Assembly (NCBI RefSeq): GCF_048593235.1
Contig: NC_133621.1
Span: 9,092,525 to 9,156,524 of the forward strand
Length of the DNA: 64,000 nucleotides
Source: Sminthopsis crassicaudata
Lineage: Eukaryota
Direction of reading: 5' to 3'
Shown here: piece after piece, positions 25,801-37,074 of the stretch
Layout: the number at the start of each line of letters is the position of its first letter
Position numbering within the stretch: the first letter of the stretch is position 1
The notes under the pieces: model-generated
Databases searched by the model: none
The model's input: only the letters and a program-made list of their open reading frames with translations
Told to the model about the DNA's origin: nothing
Made by a program: the position numbers and the translations under genes

Positions 25801-28800
25801 CACCCGACTACAAACATTGGCCATACAAATAGCCTCTACTTATCTACAGCTCTTAATGTCCTTTTGCCTACTGCCTCAGGTTCTCTTACACTTCCCAAGA
25901 AAGACTGTGTGGCCCATTGGATAAATTCATAATGCTGAAGTCAAGAAGATATGAGTTTCAATCTTGCCACTTAGACATATCTGCTTTAGCTAAGTAATTT
26001 CTTCTGTCTCAGCTTCAGTTTCCTCATCCATAAAAGGATGAGATTAATGCCTGTAACAATGCTATGTGGAGCCAATAAAGTAATGTAGGTAAAGCACTTT
26101 GCTAACCTTTGCTCCTCCCAAAGAGACTCAATTTTCCATTTCTGTGTCTTTGCACTGGCAATCCTTCCTATCAGAACTACCCTCCCTTTTCATCTCCTCT
26201 TCTTAGCATTCTAGTTTCCTTCAAAGCTCTGCTTTTCTCCTTCATGAGGCCCTTCCTGATTCCTCCCTATATTATTTCATTTTGGATATGAGTATCACAG
26301 TGAGTGGAGAGTTGACCACCTGGCACTTTTCTAGACTTTCTGGCACTCAGGGGCCAGTCTTTTGTCTGTGTTTTGTCTTTGAGGGAAACACATCATTCCA
26401 GATACCCTTGAGATGGAGGGAATACTCACACTGAGTCTGTCTGCAAGGCAGATTTCCCTTTAGGCTCAGTATCTGACTACACAGTTAAGACTTTCCCATT
26501 TTTAAATGCATTTTTAGTCAAAAGCTCAAAGAACTATGTTCCAAAGTCCAAGTTATTAAAGGTTAGAATTTTTTGAACAAATTAATAATGGATATAAAAT
26601 CTTCTCCTATTTTACTTCAGTGAAGATATATATCTGCTCAGACTATAGATTCACAGTTTTTTGCCTAAAACCAAAGAATCTGGGACAAAGAGAAACTTAC
26701 ACCTGACAACATTCACCAAGGCCAGGAGATCCCCTATTTCCCAAAGAGTGATTTTTAAAAACAAAAACATCTACAGAGGGGAAAAAACAACAACAATTTA
26801 TTTAGAACTTCCAATTAATCCATAGTCATAACCAATGATTATTAATTGTACTGTGATATTTTTATAACACTACCTCTAGAAGAAATGAGAATCCAGGGCT
26901 AGAGAAAGATGGGATTAGAGATCATGAGGCTTAGATTAAATAAAGATTTGTGATTTTTAATTCTGTTAAGCTCCTGCCAGATTTTGGCCCAGAGAATTTG
27001 GAAGGCAGGATGATATACTGATATGATAGACGTCTTTTGTGTTTTGCTTTTTTTCCTTTGTAACCAAAGGATGTTAGTCTAAATCGAAGCTCTATCAATT
27101 ACCACCTATGTGACTTTGGCAGGTCCCTTGACCCTTGGACTCTAGTTTCATCATTTATAAAATGGAGTTGGACTACATGACCTTTAAGGACCCTTTTTGG
27201 CCCCAGATATTTGACCCTATGGTCTGGGTTTGGTCAAATCAATATGTAATCAATGATTAATGAACCTCACCCAGTAATATGTGCATGATTTCTTTGCTAT
27301 ATAAATTCATTTTCATGTCTTTCAATTTGCCAATAATTCCCATTGGAATGTGAGCTCCTTGAGGACAGTCATCTCTCTGTCATACCATCAGAATGGTGGC
27401 TGATACACAAAAAAGTTTTAAGAATGATTTGGTCAAATGACTGATTTTCCTGGTTTCCTAGTCAATCCATCCAAATAGCAAGAAGAACTTGATAACACCC
27501 ACCCTCTTCTCATCCCACCAATTACTGGGCTTAAGATAGACCAGCATCATCTATTAGGACTGAAGGGAGTTACCAACCTTTTGTCCCCAACTCAAACTTA
27601 ATTATCCCATTGTACACTTCCAATCAGGACATGACACCCAATATTGGCTGGATGCCAACACCCATAGCCCTGCCTCTATTGGAAGAATACCATAGCTCCA
27701 TTCCACTCTAACTCTTGGACTCATTATTCTCCTGGTAGGAGAGCATCTGCCCACCATTTTTCTCTAGTATCATTCATTGTCCCTCTTTTTTGCATTTCTG
27801 CTTTCCTGTGTATTAACCACTTTTTTTCTTCTCCCATAGACTGACTATGACCTTGAACCTTCCAGTATGTTTTATGTCACCAATTAGAATATGAGCACTG
27901 GAGAGCACAGATTATCTGCTTAGTATCTTTATCCCCTGTGATTAGCACAGTTTTTGACATGCAGTAAGAATTGAATAAATGTTTTTCTTTTCTATTGATC
28001 CTATCTCATTCCTTTCCATTTCATATAGAAATATGTATATTTATTTGTACATGTGTGTAGGTGAATATGTGGGGATGTCAACTTCCCCTATTAGACTAGA
28101 GGCTTCTTGAAGGCAAGGGCTAATTTGGGCTTTTCTTTGAAACTTCAAGACTTAACATGGTGTCTGGAACATGATAAGGGCTTAATAAATATTCTTCTGT
28201 TCACTTGCATTCTAATAACTTAGAGTATTTTGAAGTTTTCAAAGTGTTCTAAGCATATTACTTCATTTGAATCTGACAAAAAAGTGACTTCCTAGTGCCT
28301 TCCTTCTGTTGACTAGCTGTATATCTTTTTATTCATGGTTGGTTGTCTTTTATTTCTCCCATTTTGAGACCATCTTTTGCCTTTCTTTAAAGCCTTGGGC
28401 TTTTAGCACACAGAGTGGGTACTTAATCTATTAGGTACTTAGAAAATGCTAGTGGACTGAATGGCAGACAACTTCCATTATATTAATTAGTTAATATTAA
28501 TTATTAACATAAATGAGATGATGGGAGTTAGCATATGGAAAACATGTTTTCTCTTTAAATGGGAGCACTCATTATTCTTATCTTTAGAAAGAGCTGAGGT
28601 TAGATTGAGAGAACTACTGTAGGAAGCCCAGGTCTGAAACTTGCTTGCCTCTCTGACATAATCCCAGTCCTTCAGCATTTCTGGACCCCAGGTTTTTATC
28701 TACAAATGAGAACATTGGACTAGATTACCTCAAAGAGTTCTTGTTGCTCCAAATCAGAGATCTGTTTCACAGTTAAGAAAACTAAGGCTCAGAAGAGTCA

Positions 28801-28943
28801 GTTAAATAACCCATGATCCCACAACTAACCAACTCTCAAGGCAAATTTTAACACCACAGCTCCATTTCAACCCCAGCACAACACGCTTCCTCTTCAAAGT
28901 ATGGATGAGTGGTGTAACTGCAAGGAGGGCATGTTAAAATGGC

Positions 28944-28961
28944 ACCCCACGTTGGGCGCCA
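28944..28961 (-). other. Retroviral primer-binding site for tRNA-Lys1,2
   Basis: Minus strand TGGCGCCCAACGTGGGGT is 17/18 identical to canonical TGGCGCCCAACGTGGGGC. Confidence 0.9.
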
Positions 28962-28963
28962 AA

Positions 28964-29275
28964 TGCTGGAACTCTATCTTCCCAGAAATCAGCCGGAGTC
29001 AGGATCACTAAACATCTTTATTCTAGATCTTTTACCATCACCCTCCAAGGCCAGGTCACGAGTTCCAGAGAGCGTGAGTTCCATGACCAAGTTTGTCCTC
29101 CTCCTCCTCCTCCTCCCACACAAGTCACTTCCCCCTCTTTGTCCCAACAATCAAGTCAGCACAGAACAGCTGGGAAGGGTCAACTTTCAAACAAGTTAAT
29201 AGGGAACTGTCCAATTGGCAATTAGTCTCACGTGCTTCATTACTCAAGTGCATTGCTCAGTTCTAGCCCTTTACA
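28964..29275 (-). mobile_element. ERV LTR (312 bp, TG...CA), probably ERV2/beta-like
   Basis: The minus strand starts TGTAAAGGGCTAG and ends CCAGCA, with AATAAA at 29017-29022. A tRNA-Lys PBS follows after 2 nt. Confidence 0.85.
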
Positions 29276-30439
29276 GAGAGATCAAGAAAAAGAAAAAATG
29301 GAGAGTTAGCAGATTAGAGAAAAAGAGGAAGGAAGGGAAAGGCCAAAAAGTGAGGAAGAAAGGGGGAAAAAGAGAAGAGGAGTTTGTGCCCATATCAGTG
29401 AGGAAGCATGGAGCTGAGCAAAGCTCTTGGGATGATTTATGCAGTCCATGCTGCTTGCCTGTCTGGGAAACAACCCTTTCCATTCCCATCAGGTAAGAAT
29501 ATTGGGCAATTTTCCCCAAGAGGAAAGGTGGACAAATTCCTTTCTGCTTAGAAAGAATCTGGATTTTCTCCCTGTCTAATTTAAATGTTCCTTGCTTGAG
29601 TAGGGGGAGGGAGAGGTTGAGAAATTGAAGCTCAGTTACTTGTAAAGATAATAACTGCCATTCATCCTCAAAGCACAGTCTCCTTCAGCCAGACATGACT
29701 AGCTCTGGATATCAGGAAACCAAATGCTGAGTCTTTAGCAGAGTTGAGGTCCCATACTAGGACCCTAAAAAGCAAGACTGGCCCCTCTCTGTTGGCATTA
29801 CCAACCAATCCTGTCCCAAAGGGGACAAGCTAGTCACACAAGAAGGAGCCCACACATTCATTTTCCATGGTGTAGCAGACACTTACTCATTCTGGGTCAT
29901 TTCCAAGCCTATAGATATAATAATCTTGAAAGACTTATTATTCACATGCACGCAACATACCACACACACACACCACAATTCACCTGCATTTAGATGAGTT
30001 AGGAGTCAAAGCATTCCCTATTTATCTTCTAGGAGTGAAAAATAAAGACTAGGCCATTTTGGGTATTTGCCCACAGTACAAAGTCCCATTCCCTTTCTGG
30101 AGGTTAGAGACAATATGGTAGAGTAGAATTGGTGATGAACAAATGATGTGGTTTCTGGTCCTGCCCTTGGTCACCAACCAGCATGGAGATCTTACATTAA
30201 ACTAAAAATAAGCAAAGAAATGCCATTAAAGAAGAGACATTCTTTTTTGCTTTGTTGTTGCACCCTGCAGTTCACAGAGCATTTCTATGTAACTCTAACT
30301 TGCAGATGAAACTTTCACAGGCCTTGTCTCTCCTGTTAGGACATGAGCTCCTTAGATTACAAGGACTAGTTAAATTAGTTAAATTTCCTTTAAAAATTGC
30401 CTAAAAAGTAATAGTATAATAATAGCATACTAATCAGAG

Positions 30440-30675
30440 CAAAAGAAGGAAGACAATAAAGAGAAGGAAGAGGAAAAAAAGAAGAAGAAAGAGAAGGGAG
30501 AGGATGAAGAAAAAAGAAGAGGAAGGAGGAGAAGGAGAAAGAAGAGGACTAAAAGGAGGAAAGTAAAGAAGTAGAGGAAGAAGAGAAAGAAGAGAAATAG
30601 AAGAAGAAAAAGAAGGAGGAAGAGATGATGATTTAGGATGAGAAGGATGAAGAACAGAGGAAAAAAGAGAAGGCA
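30440..30675. repeat. Degenerate (GAA/GGA)n polypurine tract
   Basis: Seen directly; it explains the F/L/S-rich minus-strand ORFs. Confidence 0.9.
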
Positions 30676-31440
30676 TAGGAGTGATAAAAAGGCATAAAGT
30701 TTTGAAATGTAAGATGGCTTTGGAATGAGAANNNNNNNNNNNNNNNNNNNNNNNNNNNNNNNNNNNNNNNNNNNNNNNNNNNNNNNNNNNNNNNNNNNNN
30801 NNNNNNNNNNNNNNNNNNNNNNNNNNNNNNNNNNNNNNNNNNNNNNNNNNNNNNNNNNNNNGCACTTCCTACATTTGTCTCTGAATTCTAATAGAATCTC
30901 TGGACCTTTACAACTCACAAAGGCAGTTCCAGTCCTGGCCATAGTCACTTTGACATGCTAGTTCAGTTAAGATCAGGAAAGCACAAAGATAAAGGGAAAA
31001 GGAAGCCAAGGGACTTACACTAGCTGATATGGATAATGTGGCCATGAAAACTGAGGAGAGAAAGGATGCTCTTCTCCTTCCCCACCATGGAATCATATGA
31101 TGCTAGTGGGAGAATCATGACCATGAGGACACGACAAGAGCCAGAAGTTGCCTTGCTACCATTATAGAGTCACAAGAGAACTAATAGACCATGGAGGTTT
31201 TACCACACCCTCCCAAAGTTCCAAGTCCTTTTAGGGATAAGTCAGAGCTCCTTCTCCAGATGCACGTTGCCATCACGTCTGCAGTGAAGAGTTTCAGTGT
31301 AGAGAGTAGAGAGTGACCTCAGTCCACTGACAAGTGAAGTGAGTTGCTCAGAGAGTCATGATGTCAGTATTGATGTGGTGGGAAGTAGAAAAAAATTGAT
31401 ATGAAGCTACAAGATCCTGCTCCCCTTCCCTTTCCTCCTT

Positions 31441-31510
31441 ATTATCATCATCATTACCACCTCCACCACCATCATCACCATCATCATCAACATCATCGTT
31501 ACCATCATCT
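31441..31510. repeat. (CAT/CAC)n repeat
   Basis: Seen directly. Confidence 0.85.
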
Positions 31511-32329
31511 CAAAGACTTAGAGACTTGAAGAGACCTCCAAAGTCCTTTAGTCCAGAGGCTACATTTCACAGTTGAGATGTCAATTCAAGCCTAGTGCTT
31601 GAAGTAATTTGTTTAAATTCTTATAAGGAACAAAAGACAGAGGAATTCAAGCCCTAATTTTTTTATTCCAATTTCACTTCACTTTCAACCATACTGTACT
31701 CCCATCAGTAGTAAGTCCCTTCACATTTTAGAGACTTCTCTGGAAAATGAGGTCATGACTGGATAGAGGGATGCTTCGTGGCATTAGTGGGAGAAATGTG
31801 CTTTGTATTCACTGAAACACATTTTGAAGTGTGCTACTTAGGGGCTCTAAAGGGATACCTGAGATCATTCATTAGCAGGATCAGGGAATATGTTCTTCGT
31901 TAAGCATTGCTCCATGTATTGTGTCTTTCACCCAACATTTCAAGTCTTAGCAACCTGGATATCTTTGAGACTAAAGGATTACTTTTATGACACTACTTTG
32001 GCTCTGCTCCACAAAAGTAGGCTCCAGATTACTTTTCATAGTCTAGGGTTGGTATTCCTCAGTTTCTTGGATCTGCCTTCATCTTAAGAGCATATTTCCC
32101 CCATTTATGTCATTGACTATGTATTATTTTGTGAATGGATTTTATGCATGTATTTTGATTTTTCATGAACTATACCTTCTATAGTATTTCCACAGCTCTC
32201 TGAAACATCCTTGAAAACAAAGAAAAAAGACCTAAGTTCAGCAAAACCCATCAATAAGTGAAGAAACACTAGCATTATTGGTCTTAATTCCACACTTCCA
32301 TTTGCCCTCCCTGACACTCTTCAAGGAAA

Positions 32330-33700
32330 GGAGGGAAATGGCTTTTAGTATCTCTTTTTGAAGATAACCTTGGTTATTATAAATGGACTCCATTTTGTTT
32401 ACCTTGTTTTGTTATAGTTGTTCTTTCCATTTACAATTTTGAAAATTTTATGTATATAGTTTTCTTAAATTTTTTTACTTTGTAAAATTTCCCATAAGAC
32501 TTTCTGTACTTCTCTGTGTTTATCATATATCATCTCTACAACATAGCAACATTCCATTATATTCATGTGCTGTAATTTGTAGTTAGTTTTCATTTCTTTG
32601 CTAATATATAAAAAGTATTACTATAAATATTTTGTTATAGATAGGGCAATTTNNNNNNNNNNNNNNNNNNNNNNNNNNNNNNNNNNNNNNNNNNNNNNNN
32701 NNNNNNNNNNNNNNNNNNNNNNNNNNNNNNNNNNNNNNNNNNNNNNNNNNNNNNNNNNNNNNNNNNNNNNNNNNNNNNNNNNNNNNNNNNAAACTGTTAG
32801 ACATATATATATACACATATATATATGTTTATATATATATATGTATATATGTATCTAACAGTAAAGTCTCTGGATGATAGGATATGGACATTTTCATCAC
32901 TTTCTTTGAATTGTTCCAAATTGCTTTCAAGAATGGTTGGACCAATCCGCAGCTCCACTAAGAGTGAACATTAGTTGCCTATCTTTCTACAAGCCCTTCA
33001 AGACTGATTATTCCCACATTATGTCATCTCTTCAAGCTTCCTAGGATCTCAAAATTGTTCTCATTTCCATTTTTCTTATTAGTGAATTAGAGCTTTTTTC
33101 CATGTTTATTAATAGTTTGCCATTCTTTTTTTGAGAACTCTTTGTTCATAAATATCTACATTTTATATATTATGGAATAACTTGAGGACTAATGTGTTTG
33201 TGTAACTTACATAGCAATCTATCAGCAACCTTTTATTAAATTAACCTCCTGTGTTCCAGGTACTATTAGGAACAGAAGATACTAATATGAAGAATTAAGA
33301 GATCTTTACTCCAAAAGAACTTACATTCTAATAAGAGAGACAATAAGGACACATATACTGGGTACAATAAAGAGAATAAGTACAGATAAATGAATAATTA
33401 TTATCAGATTCATATTAATGAATGCAAATTCCTCCCCCAGTTCCCACTCCACTAAAAAGATACAAGTATTTGCCTTCTTATCATAGTGGATTTATTTGAT
33501 AAAAAAAAATTTCAATTTCATGTAATTAAAATCATCTAGTCTATCTTTTCCCATCACTTTTATCCTTTGTTTGGATTCCCTATCACCATTTCTGAAATAG
33601 CTATGCGAGATATTTGATTAAATTCTCTCCTAATTTTTGTAAAGAATGGCATGAACCTTAATATCCATTTGGAGTTTATCAGTAATATGGTATAAAACTT
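32330..33700 (-). mobile_element. Old L1 3' region, interrupted by a gap and an L2 fragment
   Basis: ccaaattgctttcaagaatggttggaccaatccgcagctccac and downstream sequence are the reverse complement of the L1 ORF2 end. Confidence 0.7.
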
Positions 33701-34097
33701 AACTCTGAGTTTTAGAAATATGTAAAATACATAAGGAGTGTTCCCAGTGAGGACATTCCCTTCCCAGCCCAAAAGATCTTCTTCATTCTAACTAGGAGAC
33801 CCCCAAATGATGGATAAGTTCAGAGTAGAAAACCAGATGCTTTCTCAACTGTTTCCATAGGGAATGGGAGAGGCAGTTCCTTTTCCCCTGTGTTTTTTCT
33901 ATTCATGGCAAAGTTTTCCAGAGGATCCATGTCTAATTGTTGGTGTCATATGTGAACTTGCAGTCTTGGCTGGTTGTCCTTGAGGGCTTGTAGACTCCAC
34001 ACTCAGATGTAAATGTTGCTTAGTGAAGGCAAGAGCTTTACTCAAATAATTAATCAATAAGGATTAATACTTATATATACTTTAAAAAAATAAAGAA

Positions 34098-34360
34098 CAC
34101 CTAGATTGTTCAATGGTTAGAGTTCCAAGCCTAGAATCAGGAAGATTCTTTCTGAATTCAAACCTGGCCTCAGATACATACTGACTGGGAGACCTTGAGC
34201 AAGTCACATAACTTTGTTTCTTTCAGTTTCCTCATTTATAAAATGAGCTGGAAAAGGAAATGGAAAAGCACATCAGAAGCTTTGCCAAGAATATAGTAAA
34301 TGAGGTCGTGAGAAGTAAATGAGGACATCACTGGAAAAAAAAAAGCCTGAACAACAACTA
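34098..34360 (+). mobile_element. MAR1-like SINE (tRNA head, CORE, RTE-derived tail)
   Basis: cagtttcctcatttataaaatgagctggaaaaggaaatgg...tttgccaag. A similar tail fragment lies at about 2095-2215. Confidence 0.75.
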
Positions 34361-35259
34361 GCACTTTTTGTTGAACCTTGGGCTAGGAGCTGGAAGTAAA
34401 ACAAAACAAAACAAAAATAAAACAATCTTTGCTCTCAAGATTCTCCATTCTTTTGGAAAAGATGAAGACCTAAATCAGCCTATCTAAAATTTGGCAAGGA
34501 GCATTAACAAGGGGAGAATTAACAAACATTTTACATTTAAAAGGGACTTGTGAAAGAGACAGTCAAGATCATGGAGTGGTGGGAAGCAATAGAGTTAGTT
34601 CTACTTCACATATCCCTCCAAGCAAAACTAGAAAAGGCCTGTGGAACACTTTCTCTCTTGGTAAAAAACATCCTTTCATGCTTTTCCGTAATTTAATATG
34701 CAGCTCATCCTCACCTGTCCTCCTGAGGCATAGGGTGCAACAAACCCCTTTGGAACTTGGAAGAATTATCCAGTTGTCTTGCATTTACTTTGCATTGCTA
34801 TATCCTACCTCCAATGCACTTCCCTCTATACAGTTATACTCTATTCTTCCTGGAAACTTTTCTTCTCTATGTCATACCCCTCCCAATTTGCCCTTAGCTT
34901 ATTTTCAACTAGCTACAATTCTGTTCTCCCTTGATCTCAGGCAATCCCTCCATCTCCTCTCTTCATACAGAACCTGAGTCAAAAGACCTTTGATGGTATT
35001 TTACCTCAAGCAACAATCACCATGGCAGATTCCCCCGTCACTATTTGGACCACAGAGATTTGGTTAACGTGCATCTCTTTGGGATTAGTCAGATCATCAC
35101 TTAGAATAATTGTTTCCACAGTGCTTGATTTGGGATTCTAGAGCAGTTTTTGGAAGAATACTTTTGGAAATGCAAGACCACCCCTGAATTCTTGAGTTTT
35201 ATTCCTCCAATATGTTTTTATCCAATATTATTTACTGGATACAGTGTGGTTCCCCTCCC

Positions 35260-35262
<3 letters not shown>

Positions 35263-35317
<55 letters not shown>
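35263..35317. repeat. Pure (AC)n microsatellite, about 540 bp upstream of the penultimate exon
   Basis: Seen directly. Confidence 0.95.
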
Positions 35318-35325
<8 letters not shown>

Positions 35326-35539
35326 GTCTTTTTAATGTATGGCTCTCCAAATTTATGATTGCTTGTATTTCAAAATTTTCAATAGCTTACTGTTCCAGTC
35401 TAGCCCCTGAGGCTGGAGGAAAAGTACATCTAGGACTAATAAACCTGACTCTTTTGGTGCCCTCACTGCCCCTGTTTTCTGCATGAATTTCTAGGTTTTT
35501 ATTTTCCCTTAGAACCCATATTTCTGCTCTTACCCTTAC

Positions 35540-35857
35540 CTTTTCCTTTCTCTAGCGCTCTCTCCTACCTCAACGAACATCACAGCTGACTTCTTTGTCA
35601 GCCAGGCAAGTTATAAGTATAAAGATGGGCACTCAGACCATGAACGCTGGCTCATCTTGTTATTTGCTCATTCTGCTGGAGCAAGACCCTATACCAGTTG
35701 CCTTCCCCTGAGAAGACCCCCAAATGTGGTGGACGTAGAGATTTGTCCATTTCTCATTTCCTATTTCCTAACTCTTCCTTGTTGGCTCTGGGAGATTGTG
35801 CCGCTAATATCTGTGCAGATCCAAACAACCATAAATTGTGGTGCCTTGTTCTTTTAG
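35540..35857. promoter_or_regulatory. Non-repeat, CpG-retaining intron flank upstream of the penultimate exon
   Basis: Several CpGs, no recognisable repeat, and cryptic splice signals. Confidence 0.35.
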
Positions 35858-36002
35858 GTAAGTACTGGAAGTCAGTGGAGAGGTTTTCCGGCTGTGCTCT
35901 GACTGGAACTCAGGAACAAGAACAAGAGGAAAGAGAGACTGTTTCTGCCCTGGCTTCTCTGTCTGTGGATGTGGACCAGTGCTTTGCTAAGGAAGACAGC
36001 AG
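35858..36002 (+). CDS. HDAC9: HDAC9 penultimate coding exon (145 nt, phase 1 to 2): (S)KYWKSVERFSGCALTGTQEQEQEERETVSALASLSVDVDQCFAKEDS(R); includes the class IIa C-terminal export-signal region
   Basis: Acceptor gtgccttgttcttttag|GT and donor CAG|gtatga. SKYW and ETVSALASLSVD are class IIa HDAC hallmarks. Lies inside track ORF 35698..36069. Confidence 0.95.
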
Positions 36003-36485
36003 GTATGAATTGAGTTCTGGAAGTGTATTTAGGGCAGGTGGGTTGAGTCCCACTCATTCTTACTTTTAAATCTTATGATCTTTCACTCCCTCTCTCCCAC
36101 CTCTAGCCACCCTAACCTGTTTCCTACCAAACCACTAAGACCACCCCCTCAATGTGATGTCAAAGATTTATTCTTTCTGTGAAAGATAGAGATAGGAAGC
36201 TCCGACTCTGCCCCCTGAAGAATTAGCTGAATGCGGATGGATGGGTGCTAATTCCAAGCTCAGGGACAGATAATTGAAAATTGTGAAAAGAGCCACATGG
36301 AGGCTTTGGACCTTTCCATATTGCTTGTATTATCTAAGTTGGATTTTTAGCTCCTCACACAATTGATATTTTGTAAATTGGTGATAGGAATGTCAAGGGA
36401 AGAAGAGAAGGACAGAAGGAAGCTGGGACTAGTCTCTGGGTATAAACTGATCTGTAGTATTACAAATCTCAAAGTAAAAAATCTT

Positions 36486-37074
36486 TTTTTTATTTCTAAA
36501 ATATATTTTATTTATTAATTTTATAATCATAATTTTTTGATAGTACATATGCATGAGTAATTTTTTTACAACATTATGCCTTGTATTCATTTTTCCAAAT
36601 TTCCAAATTTTCCCTTCCCTCCCCTAGATGATAAGCAATCCCATACATATTAAATGTGTTACAGTATAACCTAGATATAATATATGTGTGTAAATCCAAT
36701 TTTCTTCTTGCACATTAAGAATTGGGTTGCGAAGGTATAAGTAACCTGGGTAAAAAGACAGTAGTGCAAACAGTTTACATTCAATGCCCAGTGTTCCTTC
36801 TCTGGATGTAGTTGTCTCTGACCATCATTGATCAACTGGACGTGAATTGGATCTTTTTTATGTTGAAGATTTCCACTTCCATCAGAATACATCTTCATAC
36901 AGCATTGTTGTTGAAGTGTATAATGATCTTCTGGTTCTGCTCATTTCACTCAGCATCAGTTGATGTAAGTCTCTCCAAGCCTCTCTGTATTCCTCCTGCT
37001 GGTCATTTCTTACAGAGCAATAATATCCAAAAATCTTCATATACCATAATTTACCCAACCATTCTCCAATTCAT
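36486..37074 (-). mobile_element. Relatively young 5'-truncated L1 with TSD
   Basis: Poly-T start and marsupial L1 3' UTR. TSD aaagtaaa(a/c)aatctt at 36471-36485 and 37075-37089 (14/15 match); TT/AAGA site on the minus strand. Confidence 0.95.

Noticed and set aside
28944-28961. tRNA-like sequence as a tRNA gene (also SINE heads)
   Set aside because: Only the 3' 17-18 nt match, so it is a PBS; SINE heads lack a cloverleaf.
29215-29496. ORF ending at a good donor, as a possible HDAC9 exon
   Set aside because: No HDAC similarity, purine-rich acceptor region, and it starts inside the LTR.
30430-30961. Long ORFs over the GAA tract, plus other N-spanning ORFs (32-531, 10778-11245, 25384-25720, 32598-32858, 56686-56940, 60881-61187)
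   Set aside because: They are open only because of low complexity or Ns.
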